From Felis catus (lineage: Eukaryota): a DNA stretch of 60,000 nt. Within the stretch, counting starts at the first letter, position 1; each line of letters begins with the position of its first letter. The stretch lies in NCBI RefSeq assembly GCF_018350175.1, contig NC_058383.1:18230001-18290000 (forward strand). The letters are read 5' to 3'. Below the pieces are notes generated by a model. It ran no database searches. It saw nothing but the letters and a program-made list of their open reading frames with translations, and was not told the origin of the DNA. This document shows positions 53,569 to 60,000 of this stretch, in pieces. The position numbers and the translations under genes are program-made.

Positions 53569-55790
53569 CACATGCATGAGCCGGGATTGGGGAAGAAGAG
53601 GCAGAGGTGGGGGTAGAGAGAGAGAATCTTAAGCAGGCTCCATGCTAGGGGCTCAGTTCCACAACCCTGGGATCGTGACCTGAGCGGAAATCAAGAGTTA
53701 GATGCTCAACTGAATGAGCTGCCCAGGGGCCCTCCATCTTAACCATTTCTGTGCATCTTTAAGTGCAGAAATCCAGTAGTGTGAAGTATATTCATTACCA
53801 TCATCCACCTCCAGAATTCTTTTCATCTTGCAAAACTGAAACTCTGTACCCATTAAACAGTAACTCCCCATTCCCATTTCCACCCCCACCCCCAGCTCCC
53901 GGGAACCACCATTCTACTTTCTTTCTCTGTGAATTTGACTACTCTACTACCTTAAATCGATGGAATCATACAGTATTTGCCTTTTTGTGACTGGCTTATT
54001 TCACTCAGCATAATGCCCTCAAGGTTCATCCAGGTTGTAGCATGTATCAGAACTTCCTTCCTTTTAAAGACTGAAAAATATTTCACTGTATGTATATACC
54101 ATATTTTATCTATCCATTCATCTGTTGATGGACCCTTGGGTTGCTTCCACCTTTTAGCCCTTGTGAATAATGCTGCTATGAACATGGGTATACAAATATC
54201 TCTTAGAGATTTTGCTTTCAATTCTTTGGGGGTATATACCCCAAAATTAGACTTGCTGGATAATATGGTAATTCTATTTTTTAAAGATTTTATTTTTATT
54301 TATTTATTTAAGATGTTTCTTTTGGAGAGAGAAAGAGAGAGAGACAGCTCGAGCAGGGGAGGGGCAGAGAGAGAGGGAGACCAAGGATGTGAAGCAGGCT
54401 CCTCCTTGTCAGTGCAGAGCCCAATGTAGGGCTCAAACTCACAAACCGTGAGATCATGACCTGAGCTGAAGTCAAACACTTAACTGACTGAGACACCTAG
54501 GCACCCCAAGGTTTTGTTTTGTTTTGTTTTTTTAAGTAATCTCTACACCCAACATGAGGCTCAAACTCACAACCCCAAGATCAAGAGCCAGCCAGGCACC
54601 CCTGGTAATTCTATTTTTAATTTCATTTTTCAAGTTTATTTACTTTTGACAGAGACAGAGTGCAAGCATGAGCTGGGGAGGGGCAGAGAGAGGGAGACAC
54701 AGAATCCGAAGCAGGCTCCAGGCTCCAAGCTGTCAGCACAGAGCCTGACACAGGGCTTGAACTCACCAACCATGAGATCATGACCTGGGCTGAAGTCGGA
54801 CGCTTAACTGACTGAGCCACCCAGGCGTCCCTATTTTTAATTTTTTGAAGAGCCACCATTCTGTTTTCTGTACTGGTTGTACCATTTTAAATTCCCACCC
54901 ACAGCACAAAAGCATTCCAATTTCTCCACAGTCTTGCTAACACTTATTTTCCCTTCTTCCTCTTTTTTTTTTAATAGTGCCCATACTAATTGCTGTGAGG
55001 TGTATCTAATTGTGGTTTTCATTTGCATTTCCCTAATGATCAGTAATGTTTAGTATTTTTTCATGGGCCTATTGGCCGTTTGTATATCGTTGGAGAAACA
55101 TCTTCAAGTACTTTGCCTATTTTTTAAACCAGGGTTTTTGTGGTGGTTGTGTTGAGCCGTAAGAGCTCTTTATATATTCTGGATATTATTTAGTCTTTAG
55201 CAAATACGTGATTTGCAAATACTTCCTCCCATTCAGTGGGTTGCTTTTCACTCCCTTGTGTCCTTTGATGTACAAAAGTTTAAAAAACATTTTTAAAGTT
55301 TATTTCTTCTGAGAGAGAGAGAGAGAGAGAGAGTGCGAGCAGGGCGGGGGGGGGGGGGGGGGGGGGGGTAGAATTCCAAGCAGGCTCTGTGCTGACAGTG
55401 TCAAGCCTGAGAACTCATCAACCATGAGATCATGACCTGAGCTGAAACCAAGAGCTGGATGCTTAACCAGCTAAGCCATGTAGGCGCCCCCAGAAGTTTT
55501 AAATTTTGGTGTAGTCCGATTCATCTTTTCTTTCGTTGTCTGTGCTTTTGGTGTCATATCCAAGAAATCGTTGCCAAATCCAAGGTCACGAAGATTTCCT
55601 CATGTTTTCTTCTAAGAGTTTTATAGTTTCAGCTCTTACATTTAGTTCTTTGGTGCATTTTGAATTAACTTTTACATATGGTGTAAGGTAAGGGTTTAAC
55701 ATGTGGGTCTCTAGTCTTCCCAACACCATTTGTTGAGAAGACTAGCTTTTCCTCATTGAATGGTCTTTGCACCCTTGTTGAATATTATTT
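53465..55790 (-). mobile_element. L1 (L1MB/L1MA-like) 3' portion with five nested SINEC pieces
   Basis: ORF 53952-54221 ([31 protein letters not shown]) is the L1 ORF2p end. Confidence 0.88.
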
Positions 55791-56031
55791 TACGATTTAA
55801 GAAAGGGTTTGGGGCTATAAACTTTTGGGAAGCGGGGTGGTACAGGAGTGACACGGTCTCTGTCTTAACAGAGCGTCAGGAGAGTTGAATATTAAGATTT
55901 TGCTTCACGGAGCATTTATTTGTCGAGTGCAGTTGAGTGCTCAGTGCATACCGGGCCCATGTTTTCCCACACTTTGCCTCTTCAGCTTCCCATCCAACCA
56001 GTGAGGTAGGTAGGATGAACCCCCACCCCCC

Positions 56032-56052
56032 TTTTTTTAATGTTTATTTATT

Positions 56053-56107
<55 letters not shown>

Positions 56108-56267
56108 CAGTAGGAGCAGGGGAGGGGTAGAGAGAGAAGTGGACACAGGATCTGAAGCAGGCTCCAGGCTCTGAGCTGTCGGCACAGAGCCCGATGTGGG
56201 GCTCAAACTCACAAACCGTGCGATCATGAAGTCGGACACTTAATCGACTGAGCCACCCAGGCACCCC
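56032..56267 (-). mobile_element. SINEC with long (GA)n, inserted in a MIR
   Basis: AGGATGAACCCC duplication on both sides; MIR-like flanks. Confidence 0.85.
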
Positions 56268-56479
56268 AGGATGAACCCCTTTAACAAACTCGGCTCCCCA
56301 AAAGAGCACGGTTATGGCTTATGCAGAGGCAGGCACAAAGTTAGGATTTGAACCCACGGTTCTTGGCTCCATGCGTCTCGCTATTTCAGGTGTTCTCATC
56401 TCTAAAATCTGGGCAGAAGTGAAATAAGACGGTCTCTATTGAGCAGCCCTGCAGCTATCCTACGCATTAAGGAGTCGCT

Positions 56480-57200
56480 AAAACCACAGTCCAAGCGTGA
56501 AGTGTAGACGTTACGTCCGCAGAGAAGAGCCGAACCCAAACAGCCCAGAAGGCCAGAGTCCTAGGATTGGAGTCCCGCCCCCGGGCGGACCCCAAATTCT
56601 TACCCGGAACCTGGGCGCGGCTGGGCTGTGCGACTGGCGCGGGTGGGGGACCAACAACAGAAAAATGCCCGCAACCGGATTGTCGTTGAAATGCCCCACA
56701 GTGTCTCCGGAGTGAGGCTTTCCAGTTCTAACAAACGTCCCTGGAGTCAGCGCCTTTGCCTCTCTCCCTGTCACTCACCTACCGCGGGGTAGTTTCTTCT
56801 CCGTTGCCCCTTCCTTGCCTTTCCTCTTGGTACGCCCCCGCCCAGTCTGGGAGAGGCCGGGCGGCCGCCCGCGTGGCCACTGCGCATGCGAATCCCACGG
56901 CGAGGGTGGGGGTGGGTGAGTGGGAGCACGGACCCCGCCCCTTCGCTGCTCCACGCGTGACGTCGCGGGGGGCGCCGGCCTCCGCCCGGCTCCGAGCGGT
57001 GAGAGCTAGCGGCAGGCGGAACCGACGCCGCAAGACCGGGAAAGGGATGTTGCGGGTGTTGAGTTCATGCAGGAGGGGCTTGGGGCGGGGGGAGGGGAGG
57101 CCCAGGGGCACCACCAGCCGCTGACCTCAGGCTCTGCCCTCCCCCTTCGCGCTTCCTCCCTCTTTCCAGATGTGTCGGGACGGGAGGCAGGGCAGGGGCT
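56480..57200. promoter_or_regulatory. CpG island / TMEM219 promoter
   Basis: NRF1-like TGCGCATGCG 56881-56890, GC boxes ~56834 and ~56933, CRE-like TGACGTCG 56958-56965. Confidence 0.85.
56960..56998 (+). other. TMEM219: Probable TMEM219 non-coding exon 1 (start uncertain)
   Basis: Donor GCG|GTGAGA at 56998/56999 just downstream of the promoter motifs; no ATG in the exon. Confidence 0.6.
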
Positions 57201-57879
57201 GGGCATTTGGGACACCTGTATTTCCCTGGAGCCTTCCTTCTCCCCCCACCCAATATGTTTATCCCGTTTTCCAGATGTTCCTTTTCATAAGAGTGTTGCT
57301 TCTTGCTTGGCAAAGGGCACTCTCTCTACCTGGAAGCAGAAAACGGGTTTCAGACCTTGGCCCTGCCCCTCCTCTGTTAAAGTCCCCGAACCTCAGTTTC
57401 CACCACAGTGTTTTTTGCTTTGCTTCACCTAGTTTTAAAGATCATTATGACACAGAGAAACAGAAAGAAAATGGACATTTGTTGCGTCCCTGCAAGGCCC
57501 AAGTACTGTGCAAACTGCTTTATTTGTCACATTTAGTCCTCATTATTTGGTGTTCTTAGAACCACCCTTCACCCTCCTTCCCTTCACAGATCCTTAAGCT
57601 CACAAAGGTTAACTGGTTTTTCTCACATAGCCAGTGAGTGGCAGAGGAGGCTTCAGACTGAACCGTTTTGCTCCAAAGTGGAGTTCTTTTCATCAGACAC
57701 TTCCTTTGTCTAGGCTATTGGCTGGAATTGTTCTTCAGCCAAACCCTAACCCCAGAACAGCTGCTTCCTCAATTTCTCCCCTTGAGAACTCTCCATTTGG
57801 GTTCCGTTTTCGAGCACAGTGTGCTCTACTTTGCTTCTGCATTGATCACATCAGAAATGAAATACAGCAGACATTTTTT

Positions 57880-58015
57880 GAGTGGTGCAGGGGGATGAAT
57901 ACTTGGAGTCAAGAGCCTTGGGTTCTTGTCCTGGCTCTGCCACTATTGGCCGTGGAGCCTTGAGCAAGTCCCCTGTCTTTTCAGTGCTTTAGCTTCCCTT
58001 TGAATAAAAATGGGT
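57880..58015 (+). mobile_element. MIR fragment
   Basis: TTGGAGTCAAGAGCCTTGGGTTCTTGTCCTGGCTCTGCCACT..CCTTGAGCAAGTC..AAAATGGG. Confidence 0.7.
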
Positions 58016-58105
58016 AAGTGCCTTCTGACTCTCAGGCTCTTGTCCAGTTCTTCCTTCCTGTCCTCCAGCAGGCTCTCCGTGGAGGCCCGGACCCCTCTCC
58101 TCCCC

Positions 58106-58270
58106 ATGGGCAGCTGCCAGGCAGGGCACAACCTGCATCTCTGTCTCGCCCACCACCCACCTCTGGTCTGTGCCACTTTGATCCTGCTGCTTCTTGGCCT
58201 TTCAGGCCTGGGCCTTGGCAGCTTCCTCCTCACCCACAGGACTGGCCTGCGCAGCCCTGACATCCCTCAG
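58106..58270 (+). CDS. TMEM219: TMEM219 (IGFBP-3 receptor) first coding exon, 55 codons; exon starts at 58069 or 58072
   Basis: MGSCQAGHNLHLCLAHHPPLVCATLILLLLGLSGLGLGSFLLTHRTGLRSPDIPQ; acceptor CAGCAG; donor CAG|GTGAGT. Confidence 0.95.
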
Positions 58271-58347
58271 GTGAGTACCTTCATCCTTTCCATACAGGTC
58301 TGCTCATGCTGCTAATGTCTCACCTCTCACCTTTCTTTTGCACACAG

Positions 58348-58537
58348 GACTGGGTCTCTTTCCTGAGATCTTTTGGCCAGCTGACCCTGTGCCCCGTGAA
58401 TGGGACAGCCGCACGGAAGTCGCGTGGATCTCACGTTGTAGGCTTACTGACCACCTTGAACTTCGGAGATGGTCCAGACAGGAACAAGACCCAGACATTC
58501 GAAACCCAGGTCCTGGGTAGTCATATTGGATTGAAAG
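58348..58537 (+). CDS. TMEM219: TMEM219 second coding exon, 190 bp; gene continues right of the window
   Basis: DWVSFLRSFGQLTLCPVNGT...LLTTLNFGDGPDRNKT...GLK; acceptor ..cacacag, donor AAG|GTGAGA; 77-bp preceding intron. Confidence 0.95.
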
Positions 58538-58717
58538 GTGAGATCAAGGAGGAATAGGGGTTGGGCATCGGAACACTTAGGGGTGGGCCCTGTCTCTGAC
58601 CTCCCCAACCTGGTGACCTTGGGCATATCCCTTGGCCTTAGTCACTTCTGCTGTAGTAAGGGCTAGATACTTTCAGTGAACAAGTGTTTTCTTTCTCCTC
58701 TTCCGGCTCTGAGGTGG

Positions 58718-58786
58718 GTTTGTTTGTTTGTTTGTTTGTTTATTTGTTTTTGAGAGAGTGAATATGAGTGGGGGTGGGGGCAGGGG

Positions 58787-58831
<45 letters not shown>

Positions 58832-58945
58832 TCCTAAGTAGGCTCTGACACAGAGAGTGCAGAGCCTGACATGGGGCTCAATCCCACGACCTTGGGATCA
58901 TGACCTAAGCTGAAATCAAATCAGACAAAGCCATCCAGGTGCCCC
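58718..58945 (-). mobile_element. SINEC in TMEM219 intron
   Basis: (TTTG)n tail, (GA)n tract, ..CCAGGTGCCCC. Confidence 0.85.
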
Positions 58946-59519
58946 TGAGGTTTTTTGGTTCCATCCTTGGAGGTGTAATGAGATGGGGTAGATTTGACCT
59001 AATGTTTTTTCTCATCCTTCTTGATCTCTACCGCTTTCTCCTATTGGAGGCTACCTTCTTTCTCCTTGGGGATATTCAAGAAGCATGTCCTCCTTCAATT
59101 AAGCAAGTGTCCTAAGTTTCTCTTTTGTTCTTACCACAGCTCTATGTGCTATGGACGATACAGAAAAAAATTAGGCATCTCCATTGCCACAGAGCTTAGA
59201 GTCATCTGGGAAAATGATAAGAGAGAGAGCGAGAGCGAGAGAGAGTGTGTCAGTTTATTCCTGCATGAGATTTGGCCTCAAGTTCCTTGTCTGAAACTGG
59301 GGAGATGAAAAGGGAGGAGAGAAAGGTGGAACTGTCTGGCTTCTGAGGTCCTTTTCGACACTATCATTCTAAGCATCTCTTGTGAATTACATATGTAGCT
59401 GAGTGTGTCGCAGGAGGAGGTCTCTTATGTCCAGGTATACATATGTGTGATCAAAGGATGAGAATAAAGGCAGGTGTCTGATATATACAGACTTGGGGTG
59501 ATTTTTCCTGTGCTTTTTA

Positions 59520-60000
59520 TTTTCTAAATATATATACGAGAGCTTTGTTGAGATATGATCACATACCATAAAATTCACACATTTAAAATGTACAATTAAA
59601 TGGCTTTTCACATACTCACAAAAGTGGGCAACTCTCACCACTGTCAATTTTAGAACATTTTCATTGCCTCCAAAAGAAATCCTAAACCCATTTTCAGTCA
59701 CTCCCCTTTTCCTCCTAACCTCCCAGACACAGGCAACTACTAATCTTGCTTTTTCTGTAGATTTGCATACTGAACATTTCATACAATATGTGGTCTTTTG
59801 TGACTGCTTCTTTCAACCAGCATGTTTTCAAGGTTCATCCATGTCGTAGCACTTACCAGTGCTTCATGTTTTTATTGCCGAAGAGTGCTCAGTGTATGAA
59901 TAGTCCATCTTTCATTTATCCATTCGCCAGTTCGTTGACACTTGGATTGTTCCTACTTTTTTACCATTATGAACAATGCCGCCATGCACATTCTCATACA
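59520..60000 (-). mobile_element. L1 3' UTR fragment (L1MB-like)
   Basis: CACATACCATAAAATTCAC..CAAGGTTCATCCATGT..TTTATCCATTC. Confidence 0.85.

Noticed and set aside
4409..56309. Recurrent ORFs such as AQVMISRFMSSSPASGSVLTAQSLEPASDSVS that look like a gene family
   Set aside because: Translations of SINEC copies.
56497..57559. Several ORFs across the TMEM219 CpG island, including an extension through exon 1
   Set aside because: GC-rich chance ORFs; the frame that would splice into TMEM219 has TGA at 56958-56960 and no ATG after it.

Overview
Felid (cat-family) genomic DNA, judged from about 45-50 SINEC_Fc-type carnivore SINEs, syntenic to human 16p11.2. The left end holds KCTD13 coding exons 1-4 (minus strand, ATG 10146, CpG-island promoter). 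The right end holds the TMEM219 CpG-island promoter, a probable non-coding exon 1 and its first two coding exons (plus strand, ATG 58106). The ~46 kb between is mostly layered retroelements: a decayed two-LTR ERV1-class provirus (11333-27380, CTGG target-site duplication), long L1 tracts, L2/MIR, solo LTRs and nested SINEs. KCTD13 intron 2 carries a two-LTR MLT1F MaLR element. The most interesting signal is a largely repeat-free island at ~27.8-28.85 kb with splice-bounded, phase-compatible exon candidates. These join in frame to an ATG exon in the divergent side of the KCTD13 promoter and then either to TMEM219 exon 2 (an ~88-aa N-terminal extension) or to a local, apparently decayed terminal exon. 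This is inferred by eye and untested. Exon coordinates were checked base by base; repeat boundaries are approximate and subfamily names come from memory of consensus sequences.
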